IMG/VR virus record: IMGVR_UViG_3300032167_000116
Coordinates: 1 to 64,000 of that record
From: an uncultured virus (IMG/VR IMGVR_UViG_3300032167_000116)
Lineage: Duplodnaviria > Heunggongvirae > Uroviricota > Caudoviricetes
Strand: one strand, 5' to 3'
Length of the DNA stretch: 64,000 bases
Shown here: positions 44,306 to 53,801 of the stretch, piece after piece
Layout of the letters: each line of letters opens with the position of its first letter
Numbering within the stretch: the first letter of the stretch is position 1
Position numbers and translations under genes: made by a program
The notes under the pieces: model-generated
What the model was told of the DNA's origin: nothing
The model's database searches: none
What the model saw: only the letters and a program-made list of their open reading frames with translations

Positions 44306-44317
44306 GCTGCACCCCCT

Positions 44318-46432
44318 TTATGCAAAAGATGGATTCCCGGTCTTCTGCGTGTACTCTCTTGCCTTGTCACGCACAACACGGAAGATTCCGTTTTCATCCG
44401 GTACAACCTTCACTACTTCCTGCATGTCCGGAAGAACATCACGAAGTGCATCTGTGAATGCTTCACGCATCATGTTATAATTGGAAACATTCTGTTCCGC
44501 AACAGCTTCCCGGATATAGGTTTTCAGTGTGCTGATCGGTGCAATAGCTTCCGCACCTGCTTCACCACCTACCATTGCATTGTTGCCATTCCGTCCGAAC
44601 ACTGTCGGCTTCTCCATGACACCGCCCTTTGCATACCATTCAATGCCAAGCTTCGGAATGGAACCCTGCAACAGATCCCCGATTTCCCAACCGGACGGAG
44701 TAACACTGAAATGTGGCATCTTGATCTTCGGAAGCTTGAAATCAAAATCGAAAAATCCTTTGATTTTCTCAATGATTCCGCTGATTGTTTCCTTCGCCAT
44801 TTCTATCTTTTCCGTAATACCGGACTTGATTTTTTCGAAGATCCCCACAACCGCATCTTTCGCAGCAGTGAGTTTTTCGGTCATCTTGTCTTTGATCTCG
44901 GTAAGTTTGCCCCCGGTGATTTCATCCATTTTGTTGAATGCTTTGGACCATACCTGTTTTGCGGAATCAGTCATGGTCTTGAAATACCCTTTGATGCCGC
45001 CACCGTTTTCCTCGATCTTCTTCTTCATTGCGGACATCTTGCCGCCTGTGATTTCGTCCATCTTATCAAAGGCCATTCCCCATGCCTGCTTTGCAGAATC
45101 GGTCATGGTTTTGAAATATCCCTTGATTCCACCACCGTTTTCTTCAATCTTCGCCTTCATGTCGGACATTGCACCCGATGCCTTTTCTTTCATCCATGTG
45201 AATCCTTCACCGACTTTTCCAAGCACAGTGCCGATTCCTTCGAATACCGGACCAAGCACAGAACCAATGGTTTCTGCAAGGTATGTGAACAGGTCAATCA
45301 ACGGTTGCAAAATTACGTTCAGTAAATCAAGCAAAGGTGAAATCACAGCTAAAATTGCCGATAACAACGGAGAAAGCAAGTCTAAAATCGGACTTAAAAT
45401 CTTCATTGCTCCTGTCAATAGCGTTGTAAGCACCGGAAGCACAGATTTCACAATCTGAATCAACGGTGGAAGCAACAACTGCAATGCTTGCAACACCACC
45501 GGAAGGATTGCTTCTGTGATCTGCGTGAATGCAGGTAAAAGTCCGTTCAAAATATCCATCAGCATCGGGAAAATGCTTTCTGCCAAATCGAACAGCATCG
45601 GCATCAATGAATCCATCAACCCGATTGCGACAGGTGCAAAACTATCAAAAGCATTCTGTATTTGCGGCATGAATTTCAGCACCATGTCAAGCACTTTCTG
45701 AATGATGGGAAACAGTGTGACACCAAGCTTTGTTCCTACCATCCCGACAGACTTCTTCACATCGTCCAAGGTATCACCAAGGACAACACCTGCATTCACT
45801 GCATCATCACCCATGATCAGGCCCAATTCGTGTGCTCTGTCTGTCAATTCAACAATGCCTTCTGCACCGTTGTTCAACATCGGCATCATTTCAGATCCGG
45901 ATCGGCCAAGAAGTCCATTTGCAAGTGCTGCTTTTTCTGTGCCATTTTCCATTGCAGCAAGTGCCATTGTCACTTCCTTGAACATATCTTCCTGATTCTT
46001 CATTTTTCCTGTGGAATCGTAGATGCTAACACCTAACGCTTCGAACATTTCAACACTCTTTTCAGTTCCGCTTGCTGCTCCGTCCATTTGTGCAACAAGC
46101 GTTTTCATACCCATCTGAAGACTGTTGACATCCATTCCATTCTGCCCCAATACATAGGACCATTCCTGATATGCCTGTTTTGACATACCGATCTTTGCAG
46201 ACATCTTGTCGATTTCATCCGCTGTTGATGCAGACGAAGAAACCACACCCATCAGTGCCGCACCTGCTGCTGCCGTTCCGGTGACAACCGCTGTTCCAAA
46301 CTTCGCTGCCGTTGCCGCCCCTTTCTTCAAGGATTCCGCAAAATTGCCTGCCTTTTTCGATGTGGCTTCTATGTTCTCGTTTGCTTCTTCGTTATCAATA
46401 GCAATCTTTCCGAAGATCTTAAAAAGTTCCAT
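44318..46432 (-). CDS. Tape measure protein B
   Basis: 704 aa; MELFKIFGKIAIDN, ADEIDKMS, WYAKGG..GGEAGAEAIAP; C-terminus shared with 6164..8449. Confidence 0.9.
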   Translation of the reverse strand: MELFKIFGKIAIDNEEANENIEATSKKAGNFAESLKKGAATAAKFGTAVVTGTAAAGAALMGVVSSSASTADEIDKMSAKIGMSKQAYQEWSYVLGQNGMDVNSLQMGMKTLVAQMDGAASGTEKSVEMFEALGVSIYDSTGKMKNQEDMFKEVTMALAAMENGTEKAALANGLLGRSGSEMMPMLNNGAEGIVELTDRAHELGLIMGDDAVNAGVVLGDTLDDVKKSVGMVGTKLGVTLFPIIQKVLDMVLKFMPQIQNAFDSFAPVAIGLMDSLMPMLFDLAESIFPMLMDILNGLLPAFTQITEAILPVVLQALQLLLPPLIQIVKSVLPVLTTLLTGAMKILSPILDLLSPLLSAILAVISPLLDLLNVILQPLIDLFTYLAETIGSVLGPVFEGIGTVLGKVGEGFTWMKEKASGAMSDMKAKIEENGGGIKGYFKTMTDSAKQAWGMAFDKMDEITGGKMSAMKKKIEENGGGIKGYFKTMTDSAKQVWSKAFNKMDEITGGKLTEIKDKMTEKLTAAKDAVVGIFEKIKSGITEKIEMAKETISGIIEKIKGFFDFDFKLPKIKMPHFSVTPSGWEIGDLLQGSIPKLGIEWYAKGGVMEKPTVFGRNGNNAMVGGEAGAEAIAPISTLKTYIREAVAEQNVSNYNMMREAFTDALRDVLPDMQEVVKVVPDENGIFRVVRDKAREYTQKTGNPSFA
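44897..45160 (-). repeat. Two 132-bp (44-aa) tandem units inside TMP-B
   Basis: KIEENGGGIKGYFKTMTDSAKQ.W..AF.KMDEITGGK occurs twice, with synonymous differences. Confidence 0.9.
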
Positions 46433-46469
46433 AAGGGATTCACCCCCTTCTTTTGTTCTTTATCGTGGT

Positions 46470-48377
46470 TTATACGTTCCCACGCATTTTTCTGTTTGAT
46501 AATATACCCAATTCCTGATCAATCCTTGGTGCCAATCTGCTGACCAAGGCATTCCCATCAAGAACGATGTTCGAATCCTTTTCTGCAAGCTGTGGCATGT
46601 ATTCTGCCAATATTGACATGATCCTTTGCATGTAATAGATGACAGGTTCATTCTCTGCTTTCACAGCTTCCCTGACGAACACAAGAAGTGTGTCAATAGG
46701 TGTGATTGCTTCTGCTCCTGCTTCGCCAAACCCTTGCCATCCTGCAAGTGTTGGAAGCACTGTCGGCCTGTCAAATATTCCACCCTTTGCATTCCACTTG
46801 ACAGAAAACTTTGGAACACCGGGGATGTCAAGAAGTTCCGCAGCCTTTGCAAGAATTGCAGGCTTCTTTGACCATGACACACTGATTGAAGGCATTTTGA
46901 TTGCTTTGAACTTCAGATCAATGTTGAAGAATCCCTTTATCTTTTTGATGGCATTGTCCACTGTGTTCCGTGCTGATTCGATTTTTTCTTTGATTGTTGA
47001 ATAGATTGATCCGAAGACTTCAACAACCTTGTTCTTTGCAGAAACTATTGGATCAATCAGGCCCGATTTCAGCAATTGGAAAGCTGAAACAGCCTTGTCC
47101 TTTGCTGATTGCACCTTTTCAGAAATTGTGTTCCGGATGTTGTTGAAAATATCCGTTGCCTTCTGTTTCATGGATTCGAATTTCTCTTTCATGCTGTTGT
47201 ACATTTCAGTGAATTTTGTTTTCAGTATGGAAGCAGCCTTTGAACATGCATCTTGTATCTTCTCCCATAGATTGATCCAAAACTGTCTGAATGGTTCAAC
47301 ATTGTTCCATAAATAGATAAAGGCAACCACAAGGCCTGCAAGAAGTGCCACGATGATTCCGATTGGATTGGCCATAAGTGCCGCATTGAATAAAAGGATC
47401 GCATTTCTGACCGTGCTGATTGCTTTTGCAGCTGCTGTCATAATGGTTCCCCAATTCATAATCAAAAGAAAGATTCCGATGGATGTTGCTGCACCAAGAA
47501 TGACTGCAACCCATGTATGAATTGTGTTTTCATTCTCTTTGATCCAATTGATTGCATCCTTGAACTTGTCAATAAGTTCCTGGATCTTTGGTGCTGCTGC
47601 CGCAACCATGTCCGCAATCTTATTTTTGATTTTAGTCACGATTGGTTCAAATACCGCACCAAGTTCTGCAAAGGCATCAGAAAGCTTTTCCTGTGCCTTC
47701 CTTGCATCCATCACATCCTTGTTTGTTTCCTTGTACTGATCCGCTGCTTTGCCGTATGTATCACGCAAGGTGTTCATGATCAGGTCCTGTCTTTCTTCCT
47801 CTGTTGAACACTCCGCAAGCTGTGCATTGAAGTCATCAACGGTTATTCCGGACCATTCGAGTGCATCGGCCAAGGACGATTGCACCTCTCCTAAAGAACT
47901 GCTGTGGTTGATGGCTTCTGCCAACCCCTCCAACGGCAATGATGCCCCGAAAGTCGAATACACTCCTGTCAAGGTGTTTGTCATGTCATTCAGTTCTTCT
48001 TCGTTATCAGCAACCAATGCAAGGTGCTGTGCAGCTTCAACAGCCGCACCGGAATCACCCATGACTGCATTCAGATCAGAATAGGTGTTTTTGGCCACTT
48101 CAGAACTGTGGCCTGCTGTCTTATAGGCAGATTCAAGCAATCCCATTTCCTGCCTATATTCTCTTGTACTTTCTGTGACTGCAAGGATGGATCCACCAAT
48201 GGCCAATCCTGCACCTGCAATCAACTTGCCTGCTGACACAACGGCCCTTCCAATTCCACCGAAAGCACTGTTGATGGTTCCCTGTGAATTGTTCGCCCTT
48301 TCTGCTGTGTCATCAATGGCATGGTTCGCTTCAGTGTTGTCAATGGCAATGCTGCCAAACAATCTGAACAGTTCCAT
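46470..48377 (-). CDS. Tape measure protein A
   Basis: 635 aa homologue of 8509..10518 (ESTREYR, LPLEGLAE, LADALEWSGITV, MANPIG). Confidence 0.92.
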   Translation of the reverse strand: MELFRLFGSIAIDNTEANHAIDDTAERANNSQGTINSAFGGIGRAVVSAGKLIAGAGLAIGGSILAVTESTREYRQEMGLLESAYKTAGHSSEVAKNTYSDLNAVMGDSGAAVEAAQHLALVADNEEELNDMTNTLTGVYSTFGASLPLEGLAEAINHSSSLGEVQSSLADALEWSGITVDDFNAQLAECSTEEERQDLIMNTLRDTYGKAADQYKETNKDVMDARKAQEKLSDAFAELGAVFEPIVTKIKNKIADMVAAAAPKIQELIDKFKDAINWIKENENTIHTWVAVILGAATSIGIFLLIMNWGTIMTAAAKAISTVRNAILLFNAALMANPIGIIVALLAGLVVAFIYLWNNVEPFRQFWINLWEKIQDACSKAASILKTKFTEMYNSMKEKFESMKQKATDIFNNIRNTISEKVQSAKDKAVSAFQLLKSGLIDPIVSAKNKVVEVFGSIYSTIKEKIESARNTVDNAIKKIKGFFNIDLKFKAIKMPSISVSWSKKPAILAKAAELLDIPGVPKFSVKWNAKGGIFDRPTVLPTLAGWQGFGEAGAEAITPIDTLLVFVREAVKAENEPVIYYMQRIMSILAEYMPQLAEKDSNIVLDGNALVSRLAPRIDQELGILSNRKMRGNV

Positions 48378-48389
48378 GCATTTCCCTTT

Positions 48390-48710
48390 CTATTTTGGGG
48401 AAAATCTCTGCAAGATTCCCCTTGATTGCTGTTTGGTTTCTTCCACCTGTTCATCTGTCATTGATAAGGTTGTCGGTTGTTCCTTCTGCTTCTGCCACAA
48501 CCCGGCCTTCCATTCGCTGAAAGGCATGTCAGACATACTGTGAACGTAAGCAATCCAAAGTTTGTTGTCATCCTCTTTTTCCGCTTCTTCTTTTTTGCGC
48601 TCATTTTCAAGATTGATTATTTGGTTCACAAACTCCCCAAACCGCCCTTGTTCGATGTACAATCTCATGAAGTCCATTGGACTTGCGTATCTTGAAAACA
48701 GCAAGTCCAT
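48390..48710 (-). CDS. Tail assembly chaperone frameshift extension (gpT-like)
   Basis: MDLL..RYASP shared with 10523..10819; in the -1 frame from TTTTTTC at 48758-48752. Confidence 0.8.
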   Translation of the reverse strand: MDLLFSRYASPMDFMRLYIEQGRFGEFVNQIINLENERKKEEAEKEDDNKLWIAYVHSMSDMPFSEWKAGLWQKQKEQPTTLSMTDEQVEETKQQSRGILQRFSPK

Positions 48711-48727
48711 GAACTCAATCTCACCTA

Positions 48728-49129
48728 TTAAAGCAATTTGAAGACAACCTTGAAAAAAGATGTGTTCTTCACCTCATTGAAAGAATCATAGATCATCAAC
48801 GGCAGTGTGCCGAACTCCATCTTCTTGATCTCGTCAACCGGGATCCCGGACATATCCGACCAAAAAGAATAGATGTCCTCACCCACCGGACCGCATAACT
48901 TGGAAATCACGATGTCAGCAATGTCAAGCACAACCATCTTCCCGACTTCATCAATGGTCATTCCCTTCGCTTCCTGCTTGAAGGTGTCCTTGAACTCCTT
49001 CAGGCCAAGCTTGCGGAAAAGCTGCAACAACGGCATCAAATCACCATCATTCAGCTTCCGCAATGTATACGGTCTTTCAATCACTGCTTCTTCCTGCTTC
49101 GTATTATCTTCAATAATTGCTTTACTCAT
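48728..49129 (-). CDS. Tail assembly chaperone (gpG-like)
   Basis: Synteny; ends TSFF over the slippery site. Confidence 0.8.
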   Translation of the reverse strand: MSKAIIEDNTKQEEAVIERPYTLRKLNDGDLMPLLQLFRKLGLKEFKDTFKQEAKGMTIDEVGKMVVLDIADIVISKLCGPVGEDIYSFWSDMSGIPVDEIKKMEFGTLPLMIYDSFNEVKNTSFFKVVFKLL

Positions 49130-49147
49130 AAGGTTTCAATCCTTTCT

Positions 49148-49900
49148 TTACGCTGTGGCCTTTTCCGGGTAGAAAATATAGATCGGTAAGGTGTCAAATA
49201 CATCACCCTTGAAGTCAGCAGAACATTCAAAGGTTGCCTTCAACACTGCCGTTTCCTTGTTCTTCGGCTCAACCTCAAAACCGGAAGTGCAAAGTGCATT
49301 TTCCATGATGATGATCACTTCCGTTCCGTCCGTCATGTTTCCGACAAATGCGATATTGTCAAGATAGTCGGACAGTTCAAGAAGCGGTTTGGTGATGATC
49401 TGCGTGTATCCCTTGATAAGAGAATCCACTTCCTTGCCGACAATTGCCCTCTTGAAACTCTCCACAGTATGCTGTGCAAGGTTCGTTTCAAGGCTGCCTG
49501 CTTCACCCATCTTCAAGGTCAATCCCTTGACCTTTACAGTCGCACCATCGACATCAACATCCGTAAATTCGGAAACGATGGAACACTTGTTGCCACCGGA
49601 TGTTGCACCAAGGACATTTTCTTCAGAATCATCCCATTCACCGATGACAAAATCACCTGCCTTCGGCACATAATCTGCGGCAACTCCAATGAAGGAAACA
49701 TCCGGTGTCAGCTTGCTGATCCGAATCGTGTCAGTGCCTTCTTCCTCGGTGTCTGCGATAACCTTCAGGGAACCCTTCGGCTGCTCTCCACCATCTTCCA
49801 CCGTGACTTTGTTGTACACATACTTCAAATTCTTGAATACCGTGCCTGCTCCAAGTAAGAAATCATCCGGAGTCTTGCTGTTAATTCCCGATTTTCTCAT
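49148..49900 (-). CDS. Major tail protein
   Basis: LGATSGG..DVDVDG; homologue of 11219..11806 with an insertion of about 55 aa. Confidence 0.85.
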   Translation of the reverse strand: MRKSGINSKTPDDFLLGAGTVFKNLKYVYNKVTVEDGGEQPKGSLKVIADTEEEGTDTIRISKLTPDVSFIGVAADYVPKAGDFVIGEWDDSEENVLGATSGGNKCSIVSEFTDVDVDGATVKVKGLTLKMGEAGSLETNLAQHTVESFKRAIVGKEVDSLIKGYTQIITKPLLELSDYLDNIAFVGNMTDGTEVIIIMENALCTSGFEVEPKNKETAVLKATFECSADFKGDVFDTLPIYIFYPEKATA

Positions 49901-50289
49901 TTTTTCACGCTCCATTCTTTCAAATCTAAGTTGATTTGGATTCTTTTCAGGGAACCTTCACCTGTTGGAACAGGGAATGCATTCCCATAAAAAACAGCAA
50001 TCCCATTTCCATTCGGAAGGATTGCTGTTCTGCCCCCAATTGCAGGGAATAATTGTTCAATTGTTGCTTTCTGCTTTTCAAGATCCAACCATGATCCTTT
50101 TCCGGTTCCGGTCAGGATGAATTGTGCTTCCTGCTTTCCATCTTCTGCACCGGGTGTCACTTCTGAATAAGATCCAACCCAATATGCAGGAATGGAAGAA
50201 ACATCAGAAGTGAATTCCATAAATTCATACGGAATCCCGGCTGAATCCATTGCATCTTTTATGAATCCCAAAGCTGCCGTTGTCATCAT
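49897..50289 (-). CDS. Tail terminator/completion protein
   Basis: Homologue of 11806..12198. Confidence 0.7.
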   Translation of the reverse strand: MMTTAALGFIKDAMDSAGIPYEFMEFTSDVSSIPAYWVGSYSEVTPGAEDGKQEAQFILTGTGKGSWLDLEKQKATIEQLFPAIGGRTAILPNGNGIAVFYGNAFPVPTGEGSLKRIQINLDLKEWSVKK

Positions 50290-50714
50290 TCACCATTCCC
50301 TTCTTCCATTCGTGCCTTCAGAACTTCCATTGCCCTTCTGATGATTGCATTCTTCAAGGTGTTGAATGCATTCTGCAATGCCCGGTTTGGTGTTTTACCG
50401 TATGTGTGATGGAATTCCCCGGTCTTTTCATCCCGGTACACCCAACCGCCTTTTCTACCATCACCCTTCAAGGCATATTCACCTGTTCCGAATTCTTCCC
50501 ATATAGCATTCTGAAGTGGTGATCCGATCACTGCTTCCAATTTCGATTCATCGACTTTGTAGGTCCATGAATTCTTCAATTGTCCGGTTCCAACCCTTGA
50601 ATTGTTTGCTGTCTGTGAAGCAAGTGATTCTGCCGATTCAAACAGATAGGCAATTGCAGCCTGATTCATTTCTTCCCTAACTCTCATTGAATTATCTTCA
50701 AAATGAACAGCCAT
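50286..50714 (-). CDS. HK97-gp10-like protein
   Basis: TGQLKNSW and AIWEEFGTG motifs. Confidence 0.8.
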   Translation of the reverse strand: MAVHFEDNSMRVREEMNQAAIAYLFESAESLASQTANNSRVGTGQLKNSWTYKVDESKLEAVIGSPLQNAIWEEFGTGEYALKGDGRKGGWVYRDEKTGEFHHTYGKTPNRALQNAFNTLKNAIIRRAMEVLKARMEEGNGE

Positions 50715-50715
50715 A

Positions 50716-51048
50716 TCATTGCCCCCCTGTATACTTCAGATAGATTTCAAGCTGTTTGTGCAATCCCATTGGATCATCAATCAACTTGACATCATACACA
50801 CCACCATTCACAATCATTCTGCTATTTTCAGCCTTCACAGCCGAATCAAGCTGCTTCCAATCAGAAACAAACACATGTGTTGATTCCTGAATCTTTGCAT
50901 TGAATGTCGTATAGGTGGAATCACCGGAAGAAAGGTCAAGGAATCCTGCAATGTTGTGAATGGTTTTCCATTCCTTCACGGATTCACCGATTTCATTCTT
51001 GGTTGTGGTGCTGATCTGAAGCTGTGCAATTGTATTGCCACCAATCAT
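50716..51048 (-). CDS. Head closure protein
   Basis: Homologue of 12608..12967. Confidence 0.8.
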   Translation of the reverse strand: MIGGNTIAQLQISTTTKNEIGESVKEWKTIHNIAGFLDLSSGDSTYTTFNAKIQESTHVFVSDWKQLDSAVKAENSRMIVNGGVYDVKLIDDPMGLHKQLEIYLKYTGGQ

Positions 51049-51059
51049 GCAAACACCCC

Positions 51060-51590
51060 CTAAAATCTAGCCTTCATGTAAGGCCGTAGGAAGCCGATTA
51101 AGGACTTCGGATAACCAAGTGAGGAATTATCCCCATCCATGTTGAAATAGGTCACAGAATGCCGGGAAATGGTTTCAGACTGTATGCCAACCTTATCCCT
51201 GTTTTCAAGATCCCACTTCATCATGTTCACAACACCCATCTTCACATCCACCGGATAGACAACTTTCGTCACAAGGACATCAGTTTCATCCAAGGCATCC
51301 GGAAGTGCGATGACATCATCACCTTCTTCTTCAACCTTAGAAACAACATACAGGCCTTCATTGAAGTTCGATTCGGTGATCTGTATCGTGTCACCTGCCT
51401 TGAACATGGCAACATCACAATACAGTTTCCCATCCTCAATCGTTCCAACAGTTCTGATTGCCCTTTGCTGAAAGTTGTTGTTGGTGTGTCTTCTGATCAG
51501 CAATTCGATGGCCTGAAGCTTTGCTTCAATCACCGGATCCGCAACATCGGTTGTCACATATGTCTTGAATTCTTCTGCTGTCATAATCAT
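51060..51590 (-). CDS. Head-tail connector protein
   Basis: Homologue of 12979..13500. Confidence 0.8.
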   Translation of the reverse strand: MIMTAEEFKTYVTTDVADPVIEAKLQAIELLIRRHTNNNFQQRAIRTVGTIEDGKLYCDVAMFKAGDTIQITESNFNEGLYVVSKVEEEGDDVIALPDALDETDVLVTKVVYPVDVKMGVVNMMKWDLENRDKVGIQSETISRHSVTYFNMDGDNSSLGYPKSLIGFLRPYMKARF

Positions 51591-51608
51591 CAGGGATTCC
51601 CCCTTTCA

Positions 51609-51848
51609 TTATTCAGCATCCGTCACTTCATAGCCTGCATGACTGCGGAACCATGCTGCCATTCTTGCATCAGAAATGACTGCCTGACCATGTGCGAACT
51701 GCACACCGCCTGCATCAATGCCGCAGAAATTCGGATTGCTTACCACCTTAACCAACCACTTCTTTGCCTTTGCATCTGCCTTTGCATCTGCTGCTGCATC
51801 CTTCTTTGCATCTACTTCTGCATTTACTTCTGCATCCTTCTTTGCCAT
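51609..51848 (-). CDS. Small capsid-associated protein with a low-complexity A/K/D N-terminus
   Basis: Follows the capsid gene; NPNFCGIDAGGVQFAHG motif. Confidence 0.65.
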   Translation of the reverse strand: MAKKDAEVNAEVDAKKDAAADAKADAKAKKWLVKVVSNPNFCGIDAGGVQFAHGQAVISDARMAAWFRSHAGYEVTDAE

Positions 51849-51908
51849 GTCGATCCATCCTTTCTTTTATAAGGTGCGGCAGACTATGCCACCGCACCAT
51901 TCACATTA

Positions 51909-52895
51909 TTACGCAATCTTGATGTTACGGAGAACACCTGCATTTGCAGTATTCTTCAGAACGGTTGCTGCTACCATCTCAACTTCACCCTTCTTCACTG
52001 CACCCGGCTGACTGAAGTCCGGAACATAGGAAGTGATTGCACCGTTTCCGGTCAAGGAAGCTGCATGGAAACCGTTGTTTACATCGAACTTCGCTGCATA
52101 GATGTCAGTAACACCGGAATTCACCTTCACGCAAGAATTTGCGGTCACAGCACCACCGGAAACAGCGTAATGATTGCCAAGATCCATGAAACGAACACCA
52201 TCCATGACAGTCACTCTCTTGCCGAATGCTTCCTCGGTTTCGGTCTTATAACCAAGAAGTCTTGCGATGGTCTGAACCTTGCTGATCATGTCAGTGTTCA
52301 TCAGGAGTGCATCTGCATTGGTCTTCTTGATAAGGTTCTGAAGCATTTCATAGAACTGATCCATGTTGGTCTTCAGGTTTGCCATCGTGGAAAGATCAAT
52401 CGTCTTGCCTTCACCTGCATTGAATTCGGAAGTGGTGCCTGCAAGCATCTTGTCAAGGCCATCGAATTCATCCGTTGCAGTGGTGCTGTTACCATTGATC
52501 AAGGTGTAGTGGAACAGGGAAATTGCTGCTGCAATCTTTTCCTCGAACTGATATGCCATGTTGTTGAACTTGCCTTCAGCCTGCTTCAACACACGGTCCA
52601 TCTCGAAGGAACCACCGAAGATCTTCAGTGCAACAGTCTTCGTTTCAACGGTTGCCTGATTTGCAGTATAGTCATTGTTCAACGCACGGAATGCAGCAGT
52701 TGCCGGCAACTTCTTCTGCACATAGGAATAGGTCAAGGTGCTTCCACCGCCTGCGGACGGAGAAACACAGTTATCAAACGGAAGCATCTGAAGGATTTCA
52801 GACTTTCTCAAAAAGATGTCAACGATCTGCTGACTTACCTTGTCGGCCATACCGACTTTCATTTCTGCTAATGTCATAGCCATAATAATCACCAT
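51909..52895 (-). CDS. Major capsid protein (different family from phage 1)
   Basis: AAFRALN, LKIFGGSFEMDRV, EFDGLDK, VKKGEVEMVA; follows the scaffold gene. Confidence 0.88.
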   Translation of the reverse strand: MVIIMAMTLAEMKVGMADKVSQQIVDIFLRKSEILQMLPFDNCVSPSAGGGSTLTYSYVQKKLPATAAFRALNNDYTANQATVETKTVALKIFGGSFEMDRVLKQAEGKFNNMAYQFEEKIAAAISLFHYTLINGNSTTATDEFDGLDKMLAGTTSEFNAGEGKTIDLSTMANLKTNMDQFYEMLQNLIKKTNADALLMNTDMISKVQTIARLLGYKTETEEAFGKRVTVMDGVRFMDLGNHYAVSGGAVTANSCVKVNSGVTDIYAAKFDVNNGFHAASLTGNGAITSYVPDFSQPGAVKKGEVEMVAATVLKNTANAGVLRNIKIA

Positions 52896-52904
52896 TTACC
52901 TTTC

Positions 52905-53525
52905 TTATTTGGATTCAAATTGCTGCTGAAGTGCTTCAGCAAGTGACTTCGGTTCAGAACTACCATGCCCGGCATCCGAACCCGGAAGCTTGTTTTCCTC
53001 AATCTTCTTCGTAGAAGATGATTCAAACATGTTCGGGAACTGTGTCTTCAATCCCTCACTGTAAGTCTTCCAATCTTTGATGTTGTCATTTTCGTCAAGT
53101 TCAAGGGATTTGCCCTCTGCATTCAGCTTTTCGTTCAGCTTATAAGTGAGATAGCCAACATCAAGGGCCTTTTCGGAAAGAAGTGCCACTTTGATTGCTG
53201 ATGCCTTCTTCGTTTCCTGAAGCTGCTTCTGCAAGTCTGCCACCTGCGTTTCATAGCCTGTGATCTTGCCCTGCAATTCCTCATTGCCCTTCGTTCCCTT
53301 CTTCAGTTCCGCAATCAGGCCATTTGCCTGTTCCAGTTCCGTTTTCTGACCATCGAACAATGCCTGAAGTGCATCATGCTTGCCCTTGCCTACATATTCA
53401 CCGGATGTCAGATTGGCAAGCTTGATTTGCTTGTCCTTGTTTGCTTCATCCCCATTGTAGGCATTCACTTTTTCAGCAAACTGCTTGAAAAGTTCTTCAC
53501 CCAAGATCTCTTTCAAAAATTCCAT
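52905..53525 (-). CDS. Capsid scaffolding protein (Phage_GP20-like)
   Basis: Homologue of 14396..15076 except at the C-terminus. Confidence 0.85.
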   Translation of the reverse strand: MEFLKEILGEELFKQFAEKVNAYNGDEANKDKQIKLANLTSGEYVGKGKHDALQALFDGQKTELEQANGLIAELKKGTKGNEELQGKITGYETQVADLQKQLQETKKASAIKVALLSEKALDVGYLTYKLNEKLNAEGKSLELDENDNIKDWKTYSEGLKTQFPNMFESSSTKKIEENKLPGSDAGHGSSEPKSLAEALQQQFESK

Positions 53526-53651
53526 ATCATTTTCCTTTCTTTTGCGTTGTTTTTAATCGTGGTGTCACCACTGCAAAGCCTAGTTTTAATGTCATGCGAC
53601 AGGACAAATTTGAAGGGATAAATGCCCCCTTCTTGGCATATAAAAAAGCAG

Positions 53652-53801
53652 TCATTTTCGACTGCCTTTCTTCTCTTTCATTTCTTTGTATTGATCACAT
53701 TTCCCAATACAAAAACACTGTTTGATCTTGCACCACATCCGGGCCACACATGAAGAAGATGTCGGATGCAGTATCTTTTCAATCATGTATTTACATTTCA
53801 T
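53652..53801 (-). CDS. 49-aa Cys-rich peptide (not in the ORF track)
   Basis: ATGA overlap with the MuF stop; MKCKYMIEKILHPTSSSCVARMWCKIKQCFCIGKCDQY...; ends in a terminator (GGCAGTC-GAAAAT-GACTGCTTTTTT). Confidence 0.45.
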   Translation of the reverse strand: MKCKYMIEKILHPTSSSCVARMWCKIKQCFCIGKCDQYKEMKEKKGSRK

